Positions 26,617 to 40,479 of a stretch of 64,000 nt of DNA are shown here, piece after piece. This DNA comes from the human T2T-CHM13v2.0 reference genome, Homo sapiens. Where the stretch lies: NCBI RefSeq assembly GCF_009914755.1, contig NC_060925.1, one strand, 5' to 3'. A model generated the notes under the pieces. It was not told where the DNA came from. It did no database searches and was given only the letters and a program-made list of their open reading frames with translations. Numbering within the stretch: position 1 is the first letter of the stretch; each line of letters begins with the position of its first letter. The translations under genes were made by a program, and so were the position numbers.

Positions 26617-28882
26617 AAGGTATGGGGGAGGTACTGCCTGTCTTACCACAGAATGGAAGGGGCTAGACTCTGTCCTCCTCACTCCTTCCCCTAGCAATTC
26701 CTCTTATTTGTTTGGTATATTGAAGGTTAGTATGAGGCTTTTTTTTTTAATGGTCTTTCGTTTTCCCCCAGCAATTCATCTTATTTGTTTGGAATGAGGC
26801 TTTTTTTTAAATGGTCTATCACTTTTTTTTTTTTAAAGGGAAGATTTACAAACAATTATACTACAGCAATAATTATGCAAAGCTGAATTTGAATTTCTTT
26901 TTAAAACATGCAACAATATTGTAATTGGGATGCTCTTTAAAGTTTGGAAGAGGCAAGAAAAAAATAAATATTATTAGAGCTAAAAGATAATATATTCACA
27001 TATATGTTAGAGCTTTTAGCTCTAATAATATTTAGAATTAAATATTATTAGGGGTATGTATATGTTTATTGCAGAGAGTAAATGGTATGTGTTGCCTCCT
27101 CTAAAAGCCAAAATTAGGTTTCTTGTGGAAGTTAAACTCCTGAGTATAGGGACCATGACAGAATAGTTCACACTGTAGTGCTCTATAGATATTGGGGAAT
27201 GAGTGGATAAACTAGATTATGATCTCTTTGAGGGAGAGATTCTAAGCATACCTCTAGTAAGTGGTAGGCAGGTGATGAACTCAGCACACATTTGTTGAGT
27301 ACTTATTCTATACTTGGCATTGTAGGAAGAGAAACAAAGAGCTTATCCCAAGGACGTTGTTAAATTGCAGGAGCATTTGTTCATGCATTTGATATTTCTT
27401 GCTAATCTCTTGAGGGTGATGCCCTGATGGACTGTGGATCTCATCTAGTGTGGCATTACCTTCATTTCTGTTCAAATTATGTATGTGTCCCTAGAATCCT
27501 AACAAATGCCAGACGGTTGCAAGAATTAGTACACATATAAATCGTGTTGCATTTTGTAAAAGATTTTATTTATTCAACATGATAGTTTGTATTCATTTAA
27601 CAAACACTGCTTCACATAAGTCATCCCATTAAATTTGTGCCACAACCCTCTGATACAAATACAGTTCTTCGCCTCATTTTGAGGAAATCGAGACTCAGAG
27701 ACATTAAGTAATTTCCTAGAATCATGGTTGAATTAGGTGATAGGATTGGGATTTTAGCCAAAGTGGTCTAACTCTAAAACCCATGTTCTTAACCATGTTC
27801 TAAAAACATATGCTGTGTTGTTTTTCATACTTTTTCTGCTGCAAATTCATCTGTACGTTTTCAATTTTTAAAATGAAGGTGGTTTATTTTCTCTTGAGAG
27901 TCTTACATCAGCTGATATAAGATAAATAATATGTCTAAACAATGTAAGTACTATGATGAAAACTTAGCTGCTAAATGAGGAAAAGCAAGTTTAAATGCTC
28001 AGTTGTCAGGGGTAAAACAATGGTGGAGGGTGCCTTCTGTGCTGTTAGCGATGAGCTTTTAGCTCTCATAAATCACAAGGATATAACTGGAGCCTTAGGA
28101 GGAAGCGCATTATATTACTAATGGATCATCCTGCAGGAACATAAACAAGACATAAAAATAAGTGAAGTCCTTGATGACTCTTTTGTCTTTCTTCCCAATT
28201 CATCATTATTCCATTATTAACATAACCTTAAGACAGTTGGTTATAATTTGTATCCTCATGGAATTTCTGTTGGGCTATTGGGGTTTTGTTTTGTTTTGTT
28301 TTGTTTTAAAGTAAGTACCTCCTAAATAAGAACTTTTAGCTAATTGAGTGAGTGAAAAACTGCAGCTGTTGGACCAGTTTGTGGGATGAAAGCGTAACAT
28401 TGTTACGCTTTCTCCCTTTCTGTCACACGGGAGAAGCTGATAACAACTTGGCATTCTTAGTGTAGAACTGTGGTTGGTAAGCTTCTGTTAGTATGGTTTC
28501 CCTGGAGGATATAGCAACCCTTAGATACCTCTCAGAACTCCCGGATCTCTCTTCCCATATGAAGCCTGGACAATAGTCAGGATGCTTGGAGTACTGTTCA
28601 GCTAGGAAAAAACGAGATGGGCACAGAGAGAGGAAGCCACCTGATAGCTCCCCATCTCCCCACCCCCCATTTGGGATTTGGAGCCATCTTGTTTCTATTT
28701 TAAGGAAAACATACATGTAACCTCTGTTCTGTATTCTTATATATATATTTGCAAGTTAAAATATATGTGAATGCATGCATGAAAGCTTAAATTTCTGTAC
28801 TAAATATAGACCCATTGACTTCAGGGGTATGTATAGTACATTAGTCAATGTATGTGCCTGGTGTTGAGGTAAGCTGAGATAA

Positions 28883-29449
<567 letters not shown>

Positions 29450-32400
29450 TAGAATATTTAAATCTCTCACCATCACTGCCACCACCACACACATTTAAGT
29501 CTTGGAAATTCTGGTTACAGGTTTTTTTTAGTGGTAGTGTTGTTTGAGCAAAACCACAGATTAGTCCATTTCCTCATTCCCTTGATTCTCATAGTTTGTG
29601 TTCCCACTCTAAGGAAACAAATGAAGGGACTGGTACTGCTTCTTTAGGGGGAATGGGTGTTGCAGGCAGGCCCAGCTGGAGAGGAGCAGGGGGGGCCTTG
29701 CGGCAGGGCAGGAAGAGACATGTAAGCTCCCACTCTGGTGTGCCTCTCTCTGTGTTCCAGCTGAAGGAAACACACTGGGTGTTACGTAAGCAGCCATTAG
29801 TTTAGTTTTATAAAAGTCAGCTTTTCACATAGCTCTGCGATCTATGTATGTGCAGATGTCTTCTTTCAGTGAAGCAGACCCTTGAAAAAAAACATGGATC
29901 TGGGCTTTTTACTCAAATAGTCAAACTTCATTTAACTAGAAGGGAATAGACTGAGTCCAAGTCCTCATTTTAAAGGCCAGCAAGCCTGTATCATGAGAAA
30001 TGAACATTCCACTAAAAATGGAAACAAGTAAGCCCATTTTACATGCATTTCCAATATCTCAAGGTTGAATCGTATTTGGAAATGCTGCTAAGGGAACAGC
30101 CAAGACTTCTCCAGCCCTCTCCCTACCCCAGCCCTACCTGACTCCATCCTCCACCTAAAATGGCCGCACCCACTGAAAAATAAAATAACCTCAAATTATC
30201 TGTACTGGCAGAATGAGTAAACATAAACTCATCTGAGAACATATTATAAAACCTGGCGAGCAACTCAAGAACAGGGACCACTCATCCCTAACATATCCCA
30301 TGGTGCAATAGGAAATATTTTGGTAATGATGTGAAGGAATTAATTACTGCTCATATCAGGAACCCCTGAATTCAGTAAATGCTTTGAAAATCTGGACCCA
30401 TGAAATAACATGTGGTGTGGTAAAACTGGAAACCTGCCAAGAACTATAGCTTTATTTTAATATTAAAAGACTCTGGGGAGGTAGGGATCATGTTGAAATA
30501 GCTGTTCATGGGCATTCACACTGGGTGTCACTTAAGCAGCCATTAGTTTAGTCCTTTTACATGCTGCGGAGTCATGAGGAAGTGTCACTGTCACATCCGC
30601 TGACATGCATGTCAGGCCTACCATGGCACCAGCCTCTAAAGGAAGGTGTTAGCGGTGAATCCTGCAGCCAAACAGCCAATAGAAAGCAGGCATGCCCCAG
30701 TTCTTCTGTTTGCAGTTCGCCCTGTCATCAGATAGGGGATGAGAAGACCTTCCTAAATCCACCTGTGACTTAGAGAGTGATATTAGATGCAGCTTGGCAA
30801 GGGAACACACAGAATAGTTCAGAGAAGGATATAATAAAATTGTTGCGGTTCAGGCAAATATCCTCATTCCTCTGGTTGGAAACCCATACGGGAAACATTT
30901 CTTTTTGTTGTTGTTTCTAGCAAGTCTTAATAGCAGGCAATGTACTTTCCAGCAGCACCCAACATTTGCACCTCACTAAGTTGTGGGGGGCGGGCGGGGG
31001 TGAGGGTGCTGTTACTGTTGGCTTAAAAAATTTTTTTTCCCAATGATATTAAAAAAAAACTTGTACCTCTGGATCAACACTTACAGCTATATGCCTGCAT
31101 TGTAAAGACCCCAAAATCTCAAGAGTTGCTTTGCCACTGCTAAAGTATCTTGAAACTGAAGCCTAGAAAGGCCTTTTCTCTATTGAGTGATATTAGCGCA
31201 TTACAACTGGCTTCATTGTTCAAAGGTAGGACCAGAAGAGAAAGTGCTCCTGCCTCCTAATGCCACGTCATACTCAAGACTCAGGTAATGTGGATACTCA
31301 AGGCCAGTCTTTAACAATTGAAGAAATCAAACATTCATAAGATGCTTCCTTTTGTACTGTTTTTCTTTCCTTAGTTTTAAAAGGAATTTACTTTGTACAA
31401 ATTTGTTACTCTAAATATAGAACTCCACTGCACATGAGGCTGTGTCTTGCAATTATCTTTTTAAATGAGGCACTAGGAGGGAGAGACCTTGCAATTACTG
31501 TAATTGAGCTCATAGTATCAATGAAATCTTAAAATGGCACAATGATATATTTCATTCAAAAGGCATGCTAAGTTAATATTATTTTAAAAGGGGAAATAGA
31601 AACATCTAGATTTTTAAAAATTTTAGAGAAGGTCATTGTGTCTCAAGATTGTCATCCCAGGACTTGGATTCAGTAAGTACTTGGCCAGTGTGAGGGTAAG
31701 GAAGTGCTTAGTGGTAACAGATACTTGTTTCCTTGCCAGTGTCATCTTTCCACTCCACTGCTGAGCTAATTGACGCTTGCTGGCAAATGTTTGATCGATA
31801 TTCTCTCAAAGAAGCCCTTGAAGAACCCTAACATGCTGTGGTCAGTTATCCTCTAACGGGAGGCTAGGTCAGGTTTCGTCCTTCATTTATGCAGCAAACA
31901 TTTTTCTGAGTTTCTGCATAGTGTGCCAGGCTCTGGCCCAGGTCACAAGGTTGGTTTGTGACAAGATATTATTTGCATTGGGTCTGGAGAAGAGAGTCTG
32001 GGCTCTGTGAAATTTCAGGTTCCCAGAGCCTTTCTGACCTATCCATCCCCATTGTCTAGCGGCCTCCCTTTTATTTGAAATGCGTCTATGTTACACTTAG
32101 TGTTTATAAGTTATGCACAGATATTTGTTCTTCAAGTAAGAGTTTTATGTAGGAAGTGACTGGGTTTGCTTTTCTTTTCTACAGTTGAGTGTAGAAAGCC
32201 TGGTCTTTCACAGGCCACCAGAGAATTCCCAAGTTCACGAACCCATAGTATTTTCCCCTTTCCCTCGTGATTAATATTCTACACAAAAAGTTGTGACGTA
32301 AAATGTTGGAGATTATTCTGTGGCTCCTGCTCTCTCCTCTTCCCAATTCTCAGCTTCTCGATTTTTTTTCTAAGGTCAAGAATAGGTGGAACTTCTTTTT

Positions 32401-33212
32401 CCTTGTGAAGGAATAGACGGTAAACTTTCAAGGCCTGGGCTTATTTCAGATGTAAAAGAATCTCGGGTCAGGGGCTCCTGTTACAGAGTGAAGTGAGGAG
32501 AAGTGGGTTGAAGCCTGCCTTTCCCTTTGTTTCTTTTGTTATGATCTGGTTGTTAAGGGTAGAGTGGGGTGAAAAACAGGGCAAGAGTCCATTGAGCCCT
32601 TGAGTTGATAACCTTGGCTTTTGGGAGGCTTGGGTGTGTATTGCAGTGACTCTCCTGCAATACCCAACACAAACTGTTATCCAAACCAACCCCATTATAA
32701 CCTTTAAAGCAAATGTTCATTTTGCATGAAGAAAGAAGCTAAGCTGCTGGTCTCAACTGTTTCCCAGGGCTCAGCCTCCCCCTGTTCTCTGGCATGTCAG
32801 CACTTGCCTCCTGTTTTTTCCATTGTACTCCTCCCAGCTCAGCACAGGGGCCCCACCTCTCGCAGGATCAGGGTATGTGACCCTGGAGCCCAGACAGCCT
32901 TGCACATAAATCTTTCTGGTCCACCTGCAGATCGTCTGTCAGCAGCTGCCCTGTTTCTCTGTTGGATGGGCTATTCCCTCACATCTGTCAGACTACCCTG
33001 AAGTCTCCACAGGCCAGTGGAAATTCAGACTGGCCCTACTGCATCTCCAGGTCTTCATCTATCTTGTCCTGTATCGTTTCCTGCCATGCCCAGGCTCTGT
33101 CCTACTGAGTAATTTCATGAGGCCCAAACTAGTGGTGATGAGCAGCCATATCATGACAGCGGCCAGTTGCTATCAGTATACCTTTCTGAACAGGTGCTCT
33201 TTTGGGGGCAAG

Positions 33213-33600
33213 TATGGACTGAATGTTTGTGTCTTCCCCAAATTCATATGCTGAAGCCCTAACCCCCAATGTGATGGTATTTGGAGGTGGGGCCTTTGGG
33301 AAGTAATTAGGGTTAGATGAGGCCGTGAGGGTGGAGCCCCCATGATGGAATTTAAGCTTTTGTAAGAAGAGACAGAAACACTAGAGTACTCTATATAAGA
33401 CGAGGAAGAGACAGACACTCTGTCTGCCATGTGTGGATACCAGAAGGTTGCCATCTGCAAGCTAGGAAGGAGGGCCCTCACCACACACTGAATCTGCTGT
33501 CATCTTGATCTTTGACTTCCCACTTTACAGAACTATGAGAAATAAATATTTGTTGTTTATGCCACTGTATAGTATTTGTAGAATAGTTGGAGCTAAGACA
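33213..33600 (+). mobile_element. MaLR solo LTR (MLT1A-like)
   Basis: tatggactgaatgtttgtgtc...gagctaagaca, flanked by gcaag on both sides. Confidence 0.88.
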
Positions 33601-36600
33601 GCAAGACTTGCTTTAGAGCAGCTGATATTACCTAGGAAGCAGATCAAGATAGGGAACTGGAGAGGCCCTGAAGCTTCTGATTGGCTTGAACCAGATATGA
33701 GTAATAGTCATAGGTTATCTGCCTTTGTCTACACTCAGAGGAAGATCTTTCCAATATGGCAAATAATGGTATATTGTGTGGGGGCATGTGACATTAACAT
33801 CTTTAAGTCTCTTCTATGTGCCAGGCAACAAATAAAAATGCACAGTGCAGTGGTTCAAGAGGATGAATGTGATCTAATTATTCTGTTTATTAGCTTTGTG
33901 ACCTTGGGCAAGTCAGTCCATTGGAATCACCTGTAAAAATAGCATAGGGTGATTACCAAGGGCTGTTGTGAAGATTAAAAGGCATCAGGTAAAGTCACAT
34001 GTCACACAGTGCCCTAAACATAATCAGCAATCAATTAGTTCTAATTATTGTTGTGTTATTGGTTTGTTGGGATAAACAGGGTCTTCAAATGAGGTAAGAA
34101 CAAGAACAGTGTGAAGCAGAAAGTGAGTGGAACAAATGGTGAGTCCTAGGAAATTCTGGAAAAGGACAGAGAAGGCTTCAAAGAGGTTGAAATTGGGCTG
34201 GAACCAGAAGGAATGAGTAGAATTTAGATAATTTGATCTGGGAGAGTTCACATTTTTCTTCAATTTGAGGGAGCTTGTTAGCAGAAAGAGAATTGAGCTA
34301 GAGATTAGAAGAAAAGGTCTTTTTGTTTTCTACCTTTACTCAGCACGAGCTTGGGCAAACCACTGAGCCTCGATTTCCTTGATTGTAAAACTGGGACAGA
34401 GAGAATATCTGCTCCGCCTAGCTCCCAGGGTTGTTATAAGGCACAAATGAGACACTTCAGGTAAAAATGCTTTGAAAATGGTGAAATGCAACAACACAAG
34501 AGTAAGGTCATTATTAGAGTCTTAAAAGAGGATCCCAGAAAAAGTCTGAGCTGCCCGAGACTGTAATTACCTATCCTGTATGACACAGTGCTTTAGAAGA
34601 GTCACTGACAGCTGTAGTAAGGTCATGGCCTACTGCTGACACATCTATCCTGACTGTGTTGACTACTCACCCTTCTCCACGTACAGAGAATGTTCTTTGG
34701 ATTCTCCATTTGTACCCAGCCATTGTTAAGTTCCTCAAACAATAATAACCATTACAATAATAGTAATAGTAAACAGCCACTACCATTTATTTGGCGCTTA
34801 TAATACATTGGATACTCTGCTAAGTACTTTACAAACTTTATCCCACTTAGTTCTCAAGCAACATCACAAAGCAGCTATTATTATATCCAATTTAGAGGTA
34901 ATTAAGTTGAGGCTTAGAAAAATAACTTGCCTCGTCTCCTTCAGCTAGTAAATGACAGCTGAATTTAACTGAAACTTCTTTGACTACAGCCCTCTGTGCC
35001 ATTTTGCTTTTAATCTAAGAAAAAATGCTTTCCCCCACAAGACCTTGTGCCAGATTTCCCATGTAGAATTAACCATATGGATGAGTTAAATGAATAAAAT
35101 GGTTAGTTAACATTCAGTTTATTACTTATAGCTTTATCCTTTTACTTCTAGCTCTGTTGTTAGAAAATTTAGACCCCACAATATTTCCCCAGTTACTACT
35201 ACCTTTCTAGGCCAGAGACTGTCCACTATGATAGTAAGAATAATCCCTTGTATTTGTCCTAGCCTTTGTATATTCACTGTGTTTCATTTGAACATCACAA
35301 TAAGTCCTTTAAGGGATATCATTTCTGTTTTACTCATGAGGAACTGATGCTAAGGGAAGTCAAGGAATTTGCCCAAATTCCCAGCTAATAAGCGAGAGAG
35401 CTCTATGTCTGTCTGAACCATTATGACTATTACTAATAGAAAGAATAGCAGAGAGTGAGAGCATTTCTTATATCCTGTATATGATGTGCAACATGAAACA
35501 ATGAGAATATTTTCTACGAAGAACTTCAGAATGCAGTGGTGTGAGGTTCAGAGATGTTAAATATTTGTGCTTAAAATTATTTTTATGTCACATACATTCA
35601 AATAACTAAACTCTGAAACTTACTAGAAAACAAAATGCAAGGTTTATTCTTTAGTGGTAAGGCTAGAGTTGAAGGAAATAAGGATCAACTATTAAATTCT
35701 TACCATGGCACAAAGGTTTTTGAATGTCAAATGTTAAACTTTTCTAGGTTCAATAGGAATTTTGCTATGAATCTTCAGTCCCCTAGGATATATTTCCTGT
35801 CTGTGCCTGTCAGCTTCATTGTTACGTATTTTAAATAAAGCTTTCCCTAACATTCAAAACTCCTTCCGGCCCTTCCTTTTAGGAAGCAGACATAAATAAA
35901 GTACCCACTATGCCTTTGCATTTTTGTTTTCTTTTACCTTTTTCTAACTATGTGCCCACCCCACCCCCAATCTTCTGAAGTATAAAGCTAAGGTAAAAAG
36001 AGCTTTTAAAAAAGGGCTCTGGGGAAGTATGCAAATGACAGAAATGTCTATGGGAAAATTAAGGGAAAAGAAATTCAGCAAGAAAGAAATTCATTGATGT
36101 TGTGATGAAACGTTGTCACTGGAGATAATGACAAATTAGAATCCGTTCCCATGGGGACCGCACGCTACCTACTGATCATTTGACCCGTGGCTGGATGTTG
36201 GCTAGCCTAAGAATTGACCCAAAAGATGACAAGATGGTTTTAGTCCTGTTGTCTCATCCGTATTCAGGAACCCCTTAGGGGATGAAGGGGAAAGGATAAA
36301 GGAGGATAAAAGATGAAAGCTGAGCTGTGGAAAGAAAAATGTTTTTAATTACACTGAGGAGGATTGTGGGTCCACCTGTAGCTTTCTGTTGAGAATGTCT
36401 TTGTTTTCTTCTGTCTGCAGGGATCATGGCAGGATACAGACCCAGAATCTGTCTGGCTTTTTGGAAGGGTCTACATTGGCCCTTCGGTCCTCTTCAGTTT
36501 ATTGGATACATTCAGGATTAACCTCTCTGTGGGCTGTCTTTACTCTGAGGTTCTGTTATGCTTGCTGAGCAGCCTGGGTTTGGTTGGCGTGCTAACAGAG

Positions 36601-37008
36601 ATTCCTTTTAGAGGGAAGAAAAAAAAAAAAAGACGCGATAGTGGAGCACAAGATGAGGTTTCCATAGTGTGTCACCATCACATTCCTCGTCAGAAGCACA
36701 CAGGGAGCTCCTCTCAGGCAGTGAGGTGGAGGGAGGCAAGAGCACCCCCAGTAGTCAAGAGACTTGTATGCTCCATATGCCTCAGTTTCTTCACTTGTAA
36801 ACTGGGCATCACAGTGTTCTCTTACTATCCTATAATGGTACATAGTCAAGGTGAAATTCTTTAGGAAAATACTGAATTCTGAAGAAAAGGAACAATACTA
36901 GCACTCTGTTCTCTTGCCAGGTGGCAAACCAACAAAAACCCCTTGAGTAATTTGAACAATTTAAAATAGTTTAATGTAATTTATTCCATGGTACTCAGGT
37001 AATATTAG

Positions 37009-37394
<386 letters not shown>

Positions 37395-37619
37395 TAATAA
37401 TTCTAAACTTCTTCAAAGTACTTGATTTTCATAGGAATTTTGAAGAATATTATTAGAAATCATATTAATTTTTAAAAATCTAATTCTTATTATAAAGTAA
37501 TGAGACTGTGCATAGCTTATGGTATCCTGCCAAGCATTTCACAACATTTGTTAAAATTGATTTGAAAAGAAATGTGGGGAGAGGGTTGATCTCCATATTA
37601 CAAAGAGAAGCAATGTTGA

Positions 37620-37835
37620 GTAAAGGTTGAAGGTTTGGGCTCTGAAGTCAGAATATGGGTTTGAATCCCAGCCCTACCACTTACTAGCTTTGTAACCTTG
37701 AGCAAATTACCCCTTAGTGTCTACTTCTGGAAAATGGAAGTGTGCACCTAATAGGGTCCTTTAAAGGATTAAGTTGGTATATGCATGTGAGAGGCCTAAA
37801 ATTGTGACTTGTACATAGTTGGCACTCAGCAGATG
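37620..37835 (+). mobile_element. MIR SINE
   Basis: gggtttgaatcccagccctaccacttactagctttgtaaccttgagcaaattac. Confidence 0.88.
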
Positions 37836-38594
37836 TTGGCATTTTTCTTAGTAAGGCAAGATAGAATGTTGCTACATGAAAGACTGGGGAATTTCTGACT
37901 GACAGCTGTGAATCCAAGTAGACAGAGCATGGATTTGACACCTTTTGTGAAGTGCCATAGGTGTTTGGACTCTGTATTCTTGGTACTTTCTGTCTCTATT
38001 GATGAAGAATGCAGCTGAAGGCCCACCCTAACCAGGAAGGCAAAGGCAGACATTCTACCCCGATCCCCCAGTAAAACACACCTCTGCCAGGGCTGCTCTC
38101 CCATCAACCAGTCACCCTGCAATCCCAAGGAAGATTCAGTTCCACAGCCAGCCCAGAGTTGAGGACCTTTTAACATTCTGCTCTTTGTCTTGTTTGATTA
38201 TGTTAACAGAAATTCTCAGCCTGTGTGATTTGTCATATTTTAATATTTCAAGCCACCATTGCAGCTTCTTTTAGGTTTGGTTTGTCTGAGGCACCGCAGC
38301 GAGTGCATGAGCACACAGACTTTGAATTTGTATAAGTGAATGGCTCTTCCACTTACTTTGTGGCTTTGGGCTCATCACTTAACTCATTGATATAAAATGA
38401 GAATACCCACACTGTAAGGTCCTGGTAGCTATTAAAATTTTCTGAAGAACCCTGAAATCTCTTTGCAACAGATTTACAACTCACAGGGTACAATCTTGAT
38501 AATTTTGATGATTTAGATGCAGTGCCTACATTTAGGAGCTTTGTTTCACCTGCTTCAATATGTATATCCTAGGATGGAATTCAGCTGATCCTGC

Positions 38595-39114
38595 ATTTTC
38601 CAGTTTTCTGTTGTTGCATAACAAACCACCCAAAACTTAGTGGCATAAACAAACATGCTTACAAATTCTGTGGGTCAGGATTTTGACCAGGCACAGCAAG
38701 GATGGCTTATCTCTGCTTCATGATGTCCATGGCTTCATCAAGGGGCTACTCTGGGGGCTGAAATTATCTGGAAGTTTCTTGGTTCATGCCACAACTTGGG
38801 CTGGGATGACTTGGAAGACATGCTAAGCTGGGGAGCTGCCAACTAAGCACTGACTGTGGCCTCTCCATGTGTCTTGGACTTCTTACAGCTGCGTAGCTGA
38901 CAGCTACCAAGAGTAAGCGTTCCAAGAGACAGGCATGTCCTTTTATGACCTAGCTTTAGGAGTCACGTAGTATCACTTTCTCTGTACTCCACTAGTAGAA
39001 GCCATCATAAGCCTACCCAGATTTAAGCAGTGGGGACAGGGGGACATGTAGACCCCACCTGCCAAAGGGTAGACCTGTTAAAGAATTTGTAGGAAATTTC
39101 TATAAAACCACTAC
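38595..39114 (-). mobile_element. MaLR LTR (MLT1H-like)
   Basis: ttgcataacaaaccacccaaaacttagtggc...taaaaccactaca. Confidence 0.82.
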
Positions 39115-39189
39115 ACTAGGATTATGGCACCACACTGGGATTATGTTTCCATCTGGGGATAAATTAGGGCCGCTGGCTTCTACCTATAG

Positions 39190-39425
39190 CAAAGCAGGCC
39201 ATACAGACTCTTGCAGCTACTTAATCTGCCATTGTAAAATGAAAGCAGCCGTAAACAATATGTAAACAAATGATCATGTTCCAATAAATATTAACAGTAA
39301 AATTAGAATTTCATGTAACTACTAAATATTAAAAATATTCTCCTTTAAAAAACATTTAAAAGTGTAAGAATCATTCTTAGCTCATGGCCTATGTAGAAAG
39401 AGGCAGTGGACCAGATTGGAATATC
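39190..39425. mobile_element. MER58B-like hAT fossil
   Basis: tctgccattgtaaaatgaaagcagccgtaaacaatatgtaaacaaatg...gttccaataaa. Confidence 0.75.
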
Positions 39426-39970
39426 TTGAGTTTAGCTAGATCTGACTCTTCAAAGTTAGAATCCTCCAAATGTGTAGAAGAAACCCTTGGGTATTTCTCA
39501 AGTGGAATTAAGAGTGTGTGTGTGAGAGAGAAGGACATATGACTACAAATTTTGTTTTTATTTTAAAGTGAATTTGTGAAGATATTTCAAAATTTAGTTC
39601 TTTTAATTACATCTTATGTTCATTATGTTACAAAACATTTATTCCCAAGGGCAATAAAGGACTATGCACTTAATACTCCTATGTGGGAAATTAATGATAT
39701 TTACTTTATCAGAAGTCAGGACCTACAAAGAAAAGGTAGAACTTGCTTCTTGATGGAGCTTCCAGAAATACATATTGTTGTATATTTTAAAAATAAGTAT
39801 GTTTTAAAAGAGTTGATTATTAGAACAGAAGATAAGGTTGATGACTCTCAGGAATGAATTTTTAAAATCTTTATCACTTCATTAAATATTTTTTCTATGT
39901 CTATAATGCCAGGCAGTGTGCTAGAGCCTGAAGATACAGTGGTGAACAAAAACATATATCGTATGTTATC

Positions 39971-40047
39971 TTTTAACATCTGGCTATCTCACGAGACTGT
40001 ATGTCCTAACAGTGCTTGTAGTCTCATGAGATAGCCAGATGTTAAAA
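39971..40047 (+). ncRNA. MIR4794: Intronic pre-miRNA hairpin; mature 5p approx. 39979-40000 (TCTGGCTATCTCACGAGACTGT)
   Basis: 77-nt hairpin with a 28-bp stem and one C-A mismatch, directly visible. Sequence and CACHD1 host match my recollection of hsa-mir-4794. Confidence 0.88.
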
Positions 40048-40479
40048 AAAAAAACAGCATCAAATTTAATGTGTGTTATGAGATGGCTTATGCAGGGCAT
40101 TATGAGAATATAAGGTTTTCAAGCTGGGCCTATTGCTCTGACACCCTCTACTGCCCACTGAATGTGAAAGTCTAGGAAAAGAGGGTTGTTAGATTAGTTG
40201 CAAGCTGCTGTTTAAAAACCACGTTAACACGTTTGATAATGAGTGAATAGTCCTCTCTCCATATCTAGGCCACGTGTGATGGCCTGTTTAATATTGCTTT
40301 GGGGAAGGAAAAACAAAGAATGAAAAAAATTGCAGTTGTTGAAATGTACAGGATTTTTTTTCCCTGATAAGTTATCATTTTGGATGGGTGGAGAATTCAA
40401 ATAGAAGAACAGTTTGGAACCTATTGACTGAATTACAAATTGGGATAATTTACTGATTTTTCTCTCAATCAAAGTTTTT

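Noticed and set aside
33173-33936. 103-aa and 143-aa ORFs
   Set aside because: They overlap the MLT1A LTR and MIR, with no recognisable domain or splice support.
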